This document shows, in pieces, positions 49,731-62,454 of a stretch of DNA of 64,000 bases (the stretch's first letter is position 1; every line of letters begins with the position of its first letter). The notes under the pieces were generated by a model that saw only the letters and a program-made list of their open reading frames with translations, searched no databases and was not told where the DNA came from. Location of the stretch: NCBI RefSeq assembly GCF_030684315.1, contig NC_081355.1, positions 58,947,909-59,011,908 of the forward strand, written 5' to 3'. The translations under genes were made by a program, and so were the position numbers. This DNA comes from Stegostoma tigrinum. Taxonomy: Eukaryota.

Positions 49731-52700
49731 TGGGTTGACTGGTTCACCCTGCTCCTGCTTGTTCTCAGCAACTTGTGCAGAGGTAACATGGGTGAACCCA
49801 GTGTGGCGGATGCAGCTCAAAAATGTGGCTTCCATCACCACCTTCCATGCCTCCTTTATCATGAAAATGGCCTCTGAAGTGATTGGGAAGTTCTTCTTAT
49901 CAAAGAGACAGCAGATGATCTCTCAGCTGCTATTAGTAAAGGATTTTCAGATTCCTAATCACCCCTTAAATCCATTGGCAGGATCCTAGCTAGGTATTGG
50001 GAGACATGAGCATCAACTTTACTCTCAAAGCCAGCAATGTCCAGGTGCACAGGGATACTCTCCGTAATGCTGAAACCTTCCATTACATTTGTTGGTGCAT
50101 TTCCTCATTCACCCCTCAAATATTTTGGACCTCATCCTGACAGTTTTGTTAACCTTATACGGAATGTGTAGTGCATTGACTTTTGCAAAGCAACATGAGT
50201 AATTGAACTTTCCTGTCACAGAAACCGCAGCTAATGTGTTCCTTTCTTCACTTTTAACTATTGAACTCTCTTGTTCTTTAAACATTGAATGCAATTAGTG
50301 AAAGACACTCAAACTGTCTGCTTCATCTGCAAAAAAAAGCTTTCATCCATACTTTTTCAGCACATTGGTATGACTATTTTGTAACCAGTCATCTGTCATC
50401 TGTCATTGAGGCCATAAATCCCACACTTTCATCACTTACCACCCTGAAGATTTGCCTTGAATTGGTCCAGCCATCCCTCCCAGCAGGTGAACCCCTTGTA
50501 GCCCAGCTTCTCTGACAGGATGATTACCCTTTCTTGTAGGATCTACTTACTTTATCAACTTCACTTTCTCTCTGACTGTCTATACTTTTCTTTAATTTTC
50601 TCACAAGCTTAGCCATACTTCCAAAGTTTGTCCATTTTTTCATAGGGAGATCTTGATGTAAAATGCTGTCATGCCCAGAGCTCCATGACACTGCTCTTTA
50701 GCGTGGCCTAATATAGTTGCAGTTGTTTGATGGGATCGTTTGATAATCTCGTACAGGCTCGGCTAATCCAAAATTATCAGTTTTGAATGAGAAACTGCTG
50801 GTTAATAAACTGGGATTATGCAATAATGAGGGTAACAATAAGAGATCATCCATGCAAATAGGCCTCTCGCTGCTCAATAGTGAGAACCTTACCTTGTCAA
50901 ATACTTGGAAAATGGTTCTTTTTGATCTTGATGTTAAGAAAATCCCAATTGGTCATCTCACTTGATTTTCCATAATTTCTTGCTATGTCCTATATTGTTT
51001 GGGACTGGGGAAAATTTTGCCCCAGAAAGACTCAATGTTCTACTCTCTGTGTGTGCACAGCTGTACAATTGACATGGCTGCAAGAAGTGTGAGTTAAATT
51101 GAAGTTTTTACTTATGTCCTGTTGCTCTGTTACTGGTTTGGATATTCAACGACCAACCCTTTTATGACATAATTAGCTGAGCATTGTGGAAAGACCCATA
51201 ATTGCATTATCAGCCACATAATAGCCCACATCATGTTTTTTTATTTCATCACAAGTATAATTAGTAAGTTTGTGGATAGATAAAAGAGGTTGTTGTTTCT
51301 AAATTAGGAAATGGCCAGACTGCTATCACTTAACTCCCCAGTTAATTTGGTAAATGGTACAATTAACAATAGGAAGCATAGGAACAGCAATAGACCAGTT
51401 AATTCCTCAAGTCTATTCAATGAGATAATTGTAACACTTCTGTTTACGATTGGGGATTAAGACCCCCATCAAAACATTTTTAGAACTTTAGAGAATATTT
51501 TGGAATCACCATTCTCAACTGCACAGTGTGGTGGGCCTGTATTTGCATAATTGAGCCTCCATGTAGCTGAGTTACAAGTCTCAGTTCTTCCATGTGGGGA
51601 TCCCAAGTAAAGGGCTCAAAGGTGCAGAAAATAACCAAATGGGAGTTAGCATTGCCTGCCTAATAAACCTTCAGGCAGTTGGCTCAAATATCATGACTAA
51701 AGGTCTGGATAGTCACCCTTCTCAATACAGGTGGTACATTACACAAGCATACCTCAAAGACAAGTGAAAGAATTTACTTGTTGTGTCCTGCAATGTACAA
51801 AGCTGCTTTTGTTGAACTAGAAATGCTCCACTGTACAGAAAATATTTCAGTGTACAACTTTTGATTCACCCCAGTGCTACTTCTTGTACTATTGGAAATT
51901 TCCTCTTTGGAAAATAAGCTGCTACTTCCAATTTTTTTGCTGGTTCCCATCTTCTTTTCCAGATCAACAAAATCAGATTTTTTTTTATGTGTTTTGGGTT
52001 TACAAACAGTGCATAAGTGAAAGGATGCAGAACAGGGAGTATGAATAGGAGAATTAAAAACTTCAGTGGAGGATGCATAAAAATCTGGATAGTATTGCCT
52101 GTAACCAGGAGCATGAAGTTTTGAGCAGTTTGAAAGTCAGACAGAAATAGTTTGAATATTTACGAGCCTTGCTGTATTATTTAGTGTACTGCAGGTGCTT
52201 CTTTCTATAAATCCTACCAAGGCACTGCCACAAATGAGTGTCAGTGCACCTGCCTGACAGAGTGAAATTAATAACATTTACAGTCTCTGGTAAACCAAAT
52301 TATAGCCTCGGGGGAGTTAAGTATCACCTCACCCAAAGAAGCAAAGCAGCAAAGGATCTGATAAGAGTAATTAATGCATTGAATTTGAAAGTTAATGCTT
52401 ATAATTAGCCTTAGGGTGGAGTGTAGTAGAAGCACGGCAGATGGCATATCCATACTCAAGAGATTGTTTCAGTGAAAGTCTCAACCAGGGAAAAGCAACT
52501 AGCCTGATTTATTGTGGCAATTTTAGGACCAGTTACATAAGCCTATTTAATATCTATATTTTACTTTGGAGTAAAAAAGCCATTAAATAATTTTTGCAAC
52601 ATATTTAGACAATATGTAAAAATACTTTCCTTGATAATGGAAAGCTACCGATAAACATTTTGCATTAGTATTTTTAATTCATTTCAGTTTTTTAGCTTAG

Positions 52701-55700
52701 CTTATTCTTTCCAAGCTTTTTTTTTAGATAGTATGATTGCATTCTCAAATAAATAACTACAACTATAATCTAAGGCATTTCATTTCAGTTACATGGCTGA
52801 TAATACGATATTCTTATTAAAATTTTCATGGCACGATATAATTTTATGTTCATTATCATACCTAAATATTCATACTGTAACTTTGAATATAACTGCAAAT
52901 ACTCTCCCTTTCATCTGGATATTTCTAAGTTATGGACAGATCCTTATTAAATTTGGGAAAGGGGCCCCCAAGTAGAATATAGTAAGGTGCCAAAGGAGTT
53001 TAAATTAGCACACAGTAAATCCTTATGAAGGTAACTTGCAGTTTGTGGTTTTGAGATGGGCAAACTTTTAAACTTATTTTACTATAACTGTAATACACAG
53101 TTTACGGCACCGTTCATTTTCTTCTTATTTCCATCAAACAGCTTGCTAGATGCCTACAACTGTAAGGGTTTAGCCAGGCATCCAGAATTAGCAACACTAT
53201 TTATCAAATGATGACTAGAAAATGAATATATAAGAAACACTTACCTTAGAAATGGAGGCATCTCATTAATAATACAATGATTCTTTATGCAATATTGAAG
53301 AAGTTTGCATTAGTTCACCCATCATAAAGTTACTGGATTTTCTCCACAAAACACACATTATCCACTATATAAATATTGCGCAGATATGTCCCAGGGGTTT
53401 GTGATGAAAGTCAAATGACAGAAGAGGTAAGAAGTCACATTTAAAAATTTCACACAGGGAGTGACAAATGATTGGAATGCACAGCCTCAAGGTGATTGAA
53501 GTCAGAAACATCAGTTAAATTAATTGAAGAAATAAGATAAATTTAAATTATCTGCACTGATATAAGTTCAAATCCTGTTAATTCTTAAGTTGCTAATGCG
53601 CAAAATGCGGGATTTGTATCACACTGTTTATTTTATAATTATAATCTAAAATAGGATTAGAGATTATATAGTGTGTACACGTGTATATGTGTCTTTATGA
53701 TAAATGCTATTTGGCAGCTATAATCTGGTAGAATAGAGCAATAAAAGGTTACAGTCTAGATCTGACTGCCATAGTCGGAAGGGGACTGTATTGGGAACTG
53801 AGGAGAGGTACTAAATCCCAACTCAAATTTGGAAATTTAAAACTGCTGGCATACCTAGAATGAAGGCTGAACTGGAATTCACATACACTTCAGACTAAAT
53901 CAGGGAGCTACATATGGGTGATGGTGATCCCAAGGAGTCTAGTAGAGGCAGTGCTACAAAGCTACATTGGTTGGCCTGAAAATGTTTGATGCAGTGATTC
54001 ATGATCTCCTGTTGTCATTCTTGATTTTGAACATTTTCTTTTAATGTATTGAAAACATTTGCTAACATTCATCTATTTGAGTATCAAATCTACTCTTGTG
54101 TCCTTAAAGCTAAAATCTAAAAGTAAGCTTTGCATTTTGTTATTTATAACTGACATGTTTTCAGAGTTGTTTTTGATTATTTTTAATTACTTTTTAGTAA
54201 AATTAGAAATGTTCATTAAATAGAATTATGTTCCAGCAAGCACATTCCAAAAGCTTACTCATTCAAATATGTTGGATTCAATTTATCTTTAAATTTTATC
54301 CCTCTATTGCACAGAGGCTTGATGGACTAAATAGCCCATTTCTGTGCTATAACATTCTATTAAATTATAACAATTATGGATTAGTTAACAACATGCTGGT
54401 AGAGTCAACAATCAGCACTGTAAAAATGCCATTAAAAACAGTTTGTTGCAGACAATAAGTAATAAATATGGGAAAATGTATTTTGGTGTTACAATTCAGT
54501 GTGTATGTATTGATAGATACTGTCTATCTCCCTTTCTCAGCCCTCCATTAGAATCACAACCACAACTTCTGTCAATATTTTTTCTTTTAACCTATCCTTC
54601 TGACATTATTGCCAAGATCAGGCAAGTCTTATGTTGAAAAATGAAGGAATGAGCCCGCATTCCTTCAGTGCATAACACAGGAGCTTATACTTGGTTATGC
54701 TCACTATTCTTACATAGATCATGTTACAATTTTGAATTTTTTTTATCTTTCCCTGGAATCAATATCACAGGCTACTCGAATAAACAAACTTCTTTTCTCA
54801 TGTGCGATAGCATTTGCTTTTATTTGACTGATATCAAGGTAAATCTATCCAGACCTGAGTTAGAAGGAGACTCTTCGTCACTTATAAGATCATAATCATC
54901 CTACCATTGCAATGTGCTAGAAATCATCCCATGTAGGATTGCAGCTGAGGCTAAAAAAATGCTCAGTTCATTTCTTAAACAATGAAGAAGTCAGTACATG
55001 AATAGTAGCTGAAAGTTTCTGCTGAGATTATGATATCTGATACAGAGGTGGCATTGAGTGATGTTTCGACAGTAGGCATAAATAATCTTTAATAGATTAG
55101 GCACATGCTTGGAAGCTCACCTCAGTCGGATATCAAGCCATAGTAGTGAACTAAATGGTTTAACCTGAGGCAAAGACAAGGAAAACGGATAGAATTAGTG
55201 AACAGGGATCAAAAAATGGCTTCAGTGATCCCAAGAGTTATAGGTGGAAGACTCTGTTCATCTAATACTGGATGTTGAACACATTTGATGATTTAACTCT
55301 TTTGTGGAAATCCACCATTATGGAAACATTGGTCCCTTATGTTTTCTGCTTCCAAAAAGATTACAATCTACATGCACTTCTGCCCAAGATGTAATAATAA
55401 ATGCGGCGACATGGACAATATCTTATTGGGCACAAATCCAGAGCTGTGATTTCAAATTCCATCATGGCAGCTTGAGAATTCGACTGTGTACTTGTGAGCA
55501 TTATTGAAGTATTAATGTATATTCTAGTTAGCTTTTCAAATCCTTTAGGGATGGGAATGTGCCAGCTAACCGGGATGCACCTGCATCTGACGCCAGGTCC
55601 CCCACCAATGCAGTTTCACAATTATCAATTCCAAACATTTTGAAAGTTTTCCCTGATATATATCTCAATTCAGGGGCAATACAGTTACTCATCCACTTTT

Positions 55701-55769
55701 AGCAATTTCTTAACAGTATATGGAGAAAACTGATACAGTTGAAAACTGACTTCTATAATAATGGAGCCC

Positions 55770-56325
55770 TCAGGAGGTGGCTGAGGTGGGACATTCACTC
55801 AGCATTTCTAACTCGTGATAGTAACAAAGACTTCAGCCTTCTATTTTGTGCCTGTGCAGGACTCTGCCATTTTTGAAGATACGTAACTGGGTGTGACAGG
55901 ACTGTAGAGCCCTCATCTGTTCCATTGGCTGTGGGATCTTTTAGCTCTGTCCACAATATGCTGCTTCTACTATTTAATATGTTATGTAGTTGCGTGTCGC
56001 AACATTATCAGGTTGGCACCTCAGGTTTCTTTATACCTGTTATTGCTCCTAGCATACTGCTGCACACTCCTCATCAAATCAAGGTTGGTCCCTGGCTTCT
56101 TGGTAATGGCATAGTGGATCAATACGTTATGGATTGTGGAGAAAACTGTTCTGCTGCAGCCGATGATGGCCCACAGAATCGAAGGATATCCAGCTTTGAG
56201 CTGCTAGATCTTATCTGATTCAATTCCATGTGGTTTGCCGCACAGTATCGTGAAGGACCTCGTCAGTGTGAAGGTAGAACTTCATCACCACGAGGACTAT
56301 GCAGTGGTCACACTGACCTACGTTG
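55770..56325 (-). mobile_element. LINE fragment (EN-RT linker region)
   Basis: Degenerate reverse-strand similarity continuing the 10820-11130 type sequence. Confidence 0.4.
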
Positions 56326-56834
56326 TCCTACTAGACACAACTGTGGTTTGCTCTTTGACTTTCAGACCTCCCTTTTTCTCTTTGAGGATTCCATTGCTGA
56401 TCTCTTCCACTGTAAATTCCTTGTGCATTTTGACATTTTATTTGCAGTGTGGGCCCCCACTCATAATTCTGGTTTGGCAATTCCAGATCCAGGACATCTT
56501 TGATTTCTAATGGCCTGTATGCTCATCATTATTATAATAATTATTATTGTGACAGATACACACTGCCCTTTCTCAGTCTTCCAAGCTAATGTAGCTGGCA
56601 ATTTTCTTAAGGCCTTCCAAGTTGACTCTGCTTGTGTGTCTGAGAAAATGTACAGATAAATGCTACATAAATGTGTAGCTGTTTGCACCCAATCCCCATG
56701 GCAGCATTACACCTAGGATATCCCAGACACAGATTTAGATGAATTATCTATTACCTTGAAAGCAATCCTTTGTTTGTGTGACTCACATGAATACTTTATA
56801 TCTGTAATGGAGATAATGGCCCTCTTAGTGGACT

Positions 56835-57053
56835 GAGAGATAATGGGAACTGCAGATGCTAGGGAATCCAAGATAACAAAGTGTGTAGCTGGATAAACAC
56901 AGCAGGCCAAGCAGCATCTCAGGAGCACAAAAGCTGACGTTTCGGGCCTAGACCCTTCATCCTCTCTGATGAAGGATCTAGGCCTGAAACATCAACTTTT
57001 GTGCTCCTGAGATGCTGCTTGGCCTGCTGTGTTCATCCAGCTACACACTTTGT
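56835..57053. mobile_element. PLE family A fold-back mini-element, 219 bp
   Basis: 86-bp arms 56876-56961 / 56968-57053 with a 6-nt loop; 14-bp TSD cctcttagtggact at 56821-56834 and 57054-57067. Confidence 0.93.
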
Positions 57054-57144
57054 CCTCTTAGTGGACTTACTGGTTTCATCAAGAAATCCAATGTTCACGA
57101 GTTGCTTTTACACTCTTTGATATGGAAGCTTAAATGAATTTTAT

Positions 57145-58352
57145 CTGGAAGAGTCCCAAATTGGAATGTAGTTAATGTAACACTAATATTCAAAATAAGA
57201 AGGGTGAGCAACTATGAGCTGAGAGTCTAACATCCACCACAGGGCAATTACTAGAATATATAATTAAGGAAAGTATAGCAGGATGCTTCCAAATCTTAAT
57301 GTTACCAGGCAAAGTCCACATGGTTTTGTGAAAGGCAAGATGTGCATAACTAATTTATTTGAGCGTTTTAAGGAAGTACCAAGGTGGAAATAGAATGACC
57401 TGTGGAAGTGGTCTATTTGGATTTCCAAAAGACATTTCACATTGCACAACCTCAAAAGTTGCTACACAATTTAAGAGGTCTTAGTGTAAAGGATAACAAA
57501 TAAACATGGAATAAAGAATTTATTAGATAACAGAAGGCAGATAAAAGGACAAATGGGTTATTCCATAGGTTGGAAAGCAGCTACTAGTGCTACAGCTCTT
57601 AGTACAAAGGCCTGTAAATTTATATCAATGACTTGGATGAAGGTACCAGATCTATGGTCGCTGAGTTTGCTGGTGAAACAAAAAAGGTATGAAAGTAAAT
57701 TGCCAAGAGGAGGTTCAGAGGCTGGAAAAAATGATATAAACAGGTTAAGTGAGTGGAATGAATTTGACAGATTGCTTTTTTTTACAGTTGTTCATGGGAT
57801 GTGGATGTTGCTGGCTAGGCCAGCATTTATTGCAAGTCCCTAATTACCAGAGGGCAGTTAAGAATCAAACACATTACAGTAGAACTGGAGTCACAGATAG
57901 ACCAGATAAAGTAATGCAAAGATGTCCTTCCCTAAAGGACATTAGCAAATCAGATATGTTTTTACAATAATTGACAGCAGTTAACTATTAGGTTAGCCTT
58001 TTATTCTAAAATTTTATTGAATTCAAATTTCACCATCTAACATGTGGGATTTGAACCCATATCCCTGGAACATTAGTCTGGGGCTCTGGATTACTTGTCC
58101 TGTGGCATTATCACCTACTAAAATGTGCACTTGTCCTCTTTTGCAGGAAGAATAGAAAAGCAGTATATTAAATGGAGGAGGTTTGCAGGTATTGATGATA
58201 CAGAGGGAATGCTGGCTAGCCAGTGACATCCATATTCCATGAATGAATAAATTAAGAAAAAATTGATTAGGATATAATTGGAATGTTGGTGTTTATTGTT
58301 AGGAGAATGGAATATTAAAATGCGGAGGTTTTACTGCAGCTATACAGAGCCT
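57145..58352 (+). mobile_element. CR1 ORF2 remnant, interrupted; continues at 60056-60330 and 62071-62098
   Basis: HGFVKGKMCITNLFE, VYLDFQK, DINRLSEW motifs. Confidence 0.75.
57775..58115 (-). mobile_element. tRNA-derived SINE (family of 18050-18390)
   Basis: Reverse tail 'catgggatgtggatgttgctggctaggccagcatttattg'; B box ggatttgaaccc. Confidence 0.8.
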
Positions 58353-58379
58353 TTCAAGGTAGCCTTTGAGATAGGCACC

Positions 58380-59038
58380 AATGTTGAGCAGAAACTGATA
58401 GCTAAGTTCTGTACCCAAGAAGACGACCTCAACCATGATCTTGGGCTCATGTCGTGCTACATGTAACCCTCACCATACTGTTCTTTGTCTGTAAAATCTT
58501 CCTTACTGTTCCAGTTTAACGCCATCTCCTTGATAACTTGTAATGATCTTGCTACCTTTTGTCAGTTTGTATAGTTTTGGATTATTTCATACTTTGTTTT
58601 GACCCTCAACATGTGACTCTTACATGTATCATGTTATTCCAGTCATTTAGTTTGTTTTTAGCACCATCTTATTTTACAATTTTGTAATTATCTCTCTACC
58701 TCAATTAATTGGAGCAGAGGTCATCCCTTCACTTACTATTCAGCTGTTAACACTTTACTCACACCATTTGACACTTTTGATCACCTGCAGATTTGTTGTT
58801 CAGCTTGTTAACACTACACTCACTCCAATTGTACTATCTTTTGACATTCTTAATTACCTGAAATTATCTTACAATGATGTCTCCACCTATAAATTCTGTG
58901 CCTGTGTACTTCTCTCCACTTCACCCGATGAAGGAGCAGCACTCCAAAAGCTTGTGATTTCAAATAAACCTGTTCGACTATTACCTGGTGTCATGTGACT
59001 TCCAACTTCATCCACTCCAGTCCAACATCAACACTTTC
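58380..59038 (+). mobile_element. PLE family D 3' end
   Basis: EQKLIAKFCTQEDDLNHDLGLMSCYM* (PLE GIY-YIG C-terminal E..I...GLN motif); hammerhead-like motif at 58921-58957. Confidence 0.72.
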
Positions 59039-59039
59039 A

Positions 59040-60055
59040 CACAAAGGAAGATGGTTGGAGCTGTTGGAGGTCAACGACCTCAACTGCAGGACTCTAGAGG
59101 AGCTCCTCAGGGAACAGTTCTATGCCAAACCATCTTGAGCTGCTTCATCAATGACCTTCCCTCATCATAAGATCAGAAATATTAGTTGATGATTGCATGA
59201 TGTTCATCACCATTCCTGACTCAGATACTGAGGTAGACCATATCCTAATGCAGCTGGACAATATTCAAGCTTGGGTTGACAAATGGCAAATGATATTCTC
59301 ACTACACAAGCACCAGGCAATGATCATCTCCAAATAAAGAGAATATAAGTATCACCCTTGACATTTAATGTCTAAACCATCACTGAATTTCTCCTCCATC
59401 AACATCTTAGTGGTTACTATTGAATAGAAACTGAACTGGACTAATTATATAAATGCTGTGGTTACAAGAGCATATCAGAGACTAGGAATCCTGCAGCTAG
59501 TAACCCACCTCCTGACTCCTCAAAATCTGCCCACAACTTACAAGACACAAGATCGCATTGTGACTGAATACTTCCCATTTACCTGGATGTGTGCAGCTCC
59601 AACAAGATTCAAGAAGCTTGACGTCATTCAGGACAAAGCAGCCCACATTATTGGTACGACATCCACAAATATCCACTCCCTCCACCACTCAAACGCTAAC
59701 AGCAGTGTGTACCATCCATGCGATGCACGGCAAAAATTCACCAAGGCTCCTTAGACAGTACCCTCCAAACTCATGATCACCAGCATCCAGAAGGACTGCA
59801 CATCCATGGAAACACCACCAGCTGGAAGATCCCCCTCTAAGTTATTCACCAATCTGATTTGGAAATATATTGCTGTTCCTTCAGTTCTCATTGGGTCAAA
59901 ATCCAGGAACTCCCTCCCTACAGCATTATGGGTATACCTAAACCAAGTGGAATTCAGCAGTTCAAGAAGGCAGCTCACAATCACGTTCTCAAGGGCAACT
60001 AGGGATGGGTAATAAATTCTGGGCTAGCCAGCAATGCCCACATCCCACATGAAAG
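59040..60055 (+). mobile_element. CR1/L2-superfamily LINE, RT 3' half plus 3' UTR
   Basis: GAPQGTVL..SCFINDLPS; QRLGIL..EY..W..KLDVIQDKAA; tail gggcaactagggatggg..gcccacatccc. Confidence 0.8.
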
Positions 60056-60906
60056 CTAGAATCGTGGGCACAGCTCAAGAATAAGAGGTCTACCTTTCAG
60101 AAGGTGATGATGAAGGTGATTTTCTCAGAAGGTCGTTAGTATATGAAGTTCTCTTGCTCTGAAAAAACAATTGAGACTGATTCATGAATTTGTTCAAGGC
60201 AGGCTTAGATAGACTTTTAATAGACAAGGCAGTCAAGAGTTCTGATTGAGGCACATGGGGAAGTGGAGTTAAGGCCACTATCAGATGCCAGGATCCTGTT
60301 GAAAGACAAAGCTGGCTCAAAGGCTAAATATGTGATAATGGGAACTGCAGATGCTGGAGAATCCAAGATAATAAGGTGTGAAGCTGGATGAACACAGCAG
60401 GCCAAGCAGCATCTCAGGAGCACAAAAGCTGATGCTTCTCTTTCGATTCCTCCTACTTCCTACAGACAAAGGGGTTGGCCTTGGGCACCTGCATGGGCCC
60501 CAGCTATGCCTACCTCTTTGTAGGTTACGTGGAACCATCCTTCTTCCGCACCTACACAGGCCCCAAACCCCACCTCTTCCACCATTACATTGACTGTATC
60601 GGCGCTGCCTCTTGCTCCCCATAGGAGGTCGAACAGTTCATCCATTTCACCAACTCCTTCCACCCCAACCTTCAGTTCACTTGGGCCATCTCCAGCACAT
60701 CCCGCGCCTTCCTGGACCTCTCAGTCTCCATCTCAGGCAACCAGCTTGTAACTGATGTCCATTTCAAGCCCACCGACTCCCACAGTTACCTAGAGTACAC
60801 CTGCTCCCACCCACCCTCCTGCAAAAATTCCATCCCCTATTCCCAATTCCTCCACCTCCGCCACATCTGCTCCCACGATGAGACATTCCACTTCCGCACA
60901 TCCCAG

Positions 60907-61737
60907 ATGTCCAAGTTCTTCAAGGACCGCAACTTTCCCCCCACAGTGGTCGAGAACGCCCTTGACCGCGTCTCCCACATTTCCCACAACACATCCCTCA
61001 CACCCCGCCCCTGCCAAAACCGCCCAAAGAGGATCCCCCTCGTTCTCACACACCACTCCACCAACCTCTGGATACAATGCATCATCCTCCGACACTTCCG
61101 CCATCTACAATCCGACCCCACCACCCAAGACATTTTTCCATTCCCACCCTTGTCTTCCTTCCGGAGAGACCACTCTCTCCGCGACTCCCTTGTTCGCTCC
61201 ACACTGCCCTCCAACTCCACCACACCCAGCACCTTCCCCTGCAACTGCAGGAAATACTACACTTGCCCCCACACGTCCTCCCTCACCCCTATCCCAGGCC
61301 CCAAGATGACTTTCCACATTAAGCAGAGGTTCACCTGCACATCTGCCAATGTGGTATACTGCATCCATTGTACCCAGTGTGGCTTCCTCTACATTGGGGA
61401 AACCAAGTGGAGGCTTGGGGACCACTTTGCAGAACACCTCTGCTCGGTGCGCAATAAACAACTACACCTCCCAGTCGCGAACCAGTTCACCTCCCCCTCC
61501 CATTCTTTAGATGACATGTCCATCATGGGCCTCCTGCAGTGCCACAATGATGCCACCCGAAGGTTGCAGGAACAGCAACTCATATTCCGCTTGGGAACCC
61601 TGCAGCCCAATGGTATCGATGTGGACTTCACAAGCTTCAAAATCTCCCCTTCCCCCACCACATCCCAAAGCCAGCCCAGTTCGTCCCCTACCCCCACTGC
61701 ATCCCAAAACCAGCCCAGCCTGTCTCTGCCTCCCTAA
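60907..61737 (+). CDS. PLE ORF C-terminal part: linker plus GIY-YIG endonuclease (fragment)
   Basis: 276 aa; VVYCIHCTQCGFLYIGET; nearly identical to 1392-2261. Confidence 0.88.
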   Translation: MSKFFKDRNFPPTVVENALDRVSHISHNTSLTPRPCQNRPKRIPLVLTHHSTNLWIQCIILRHFRHLQSDPTTQDIFPFPPLSSFRRDHSLRDSLVRSTLPSNSTTPSTFPCNCRKYYTCPHTSSLTPIPGPKMTFHIKQRFTCTSANVVYCIHCTQCGFLYIGETKWRLGDHFAEHLCSVRNKQLHLPVANQFTSPSHSLDDMSIMGLLQCHNDATRRLQEQQLIFRLGTLQPNGIDVDFTSFKISPSPTTSQSQPSSSPTPTASQNQPSLSLPP

Positions 61738-61967
61738 CCTGTTCTTCCTCTCTCCTATCTCTTCCTCCCACCCCAAGCCGCACCACCATTTCCTACCTAC
61801 TAACCTCATCCCACCTCCTTGACCTGTCTGTCTTCCCTGGACTGACCTATCCCCTCCCTACCTCCCCACCTACACTCTCCTCTCCACCTATCTTCTTTTC
61901 TCTCCATCTTCGGTCCACCTCCCCCTCTCTCCCTATTTATTCCAGAACCCTCACCCCATCCCCCTCT

Positions 61968-61995
61968 CTGATGAAGGGTCTAGGCCCGAAACGTC
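61968..61995 (+). ncRNA. Minimal type I hammerhead-ribozyme-like motif, intact core
   Basis: CTGATGA a GGGtctaggCCC GAAA CG TC; predicted cleavage after 61995. Confidence 0.65.
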
Positions 61996-62454
61996 AGCTT
62001 TGTGCTCCTGAGATGCTGCTTGGCCTGCTGTGTTCATCCAGCTTCACACTTTATTATCAAAGGCTAAATACCCTACTCCTGTTCCTAGATGCTATATGAA
62101 TCCTTTGTCCTTTATATGCTCTTGTGAATAATTAAAACCTTCCTGGTTTATGCTGTAACTGCTAAGCCCTTTCCAAGATGTCTTGAGACAAACAGGCTCC
62201 TCCAGATAAATCCAAAGTAGCCATTATAATCCTATATATGTACCCTTTAACTAGCTTCCTACTAACATAACAAAAATTCCTTTTAAGCTGTAATTACCCA
62301 AGCTCCATTGAGTTGCACTTACTGCAAGGCTGTTTACCAGTTTCCCAAACCAGATGCTTCAACTACATTTTGTTTTAAAAAATTTAATCACAACCTAAAA
62401 GTTTTACTCTTAAATTGAACCATGAAATTAATCAGACATTTTCATAGTGAAACA

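Larger units (their letters stand above)
60331..62056 (+). mobile_element. PLE family A (Neptune-type), 5'-truncated in RT, with inverted terminal segment (60331-60434) and 14-bp TSD
   Basis: TSD tcaaaggctaaata at 60317-60330 and 62057-62070; RT QTKGLALGTCMGPSYA, YIDD degraded to YID, in-frame stop near 60622. Confidence 0.95.
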
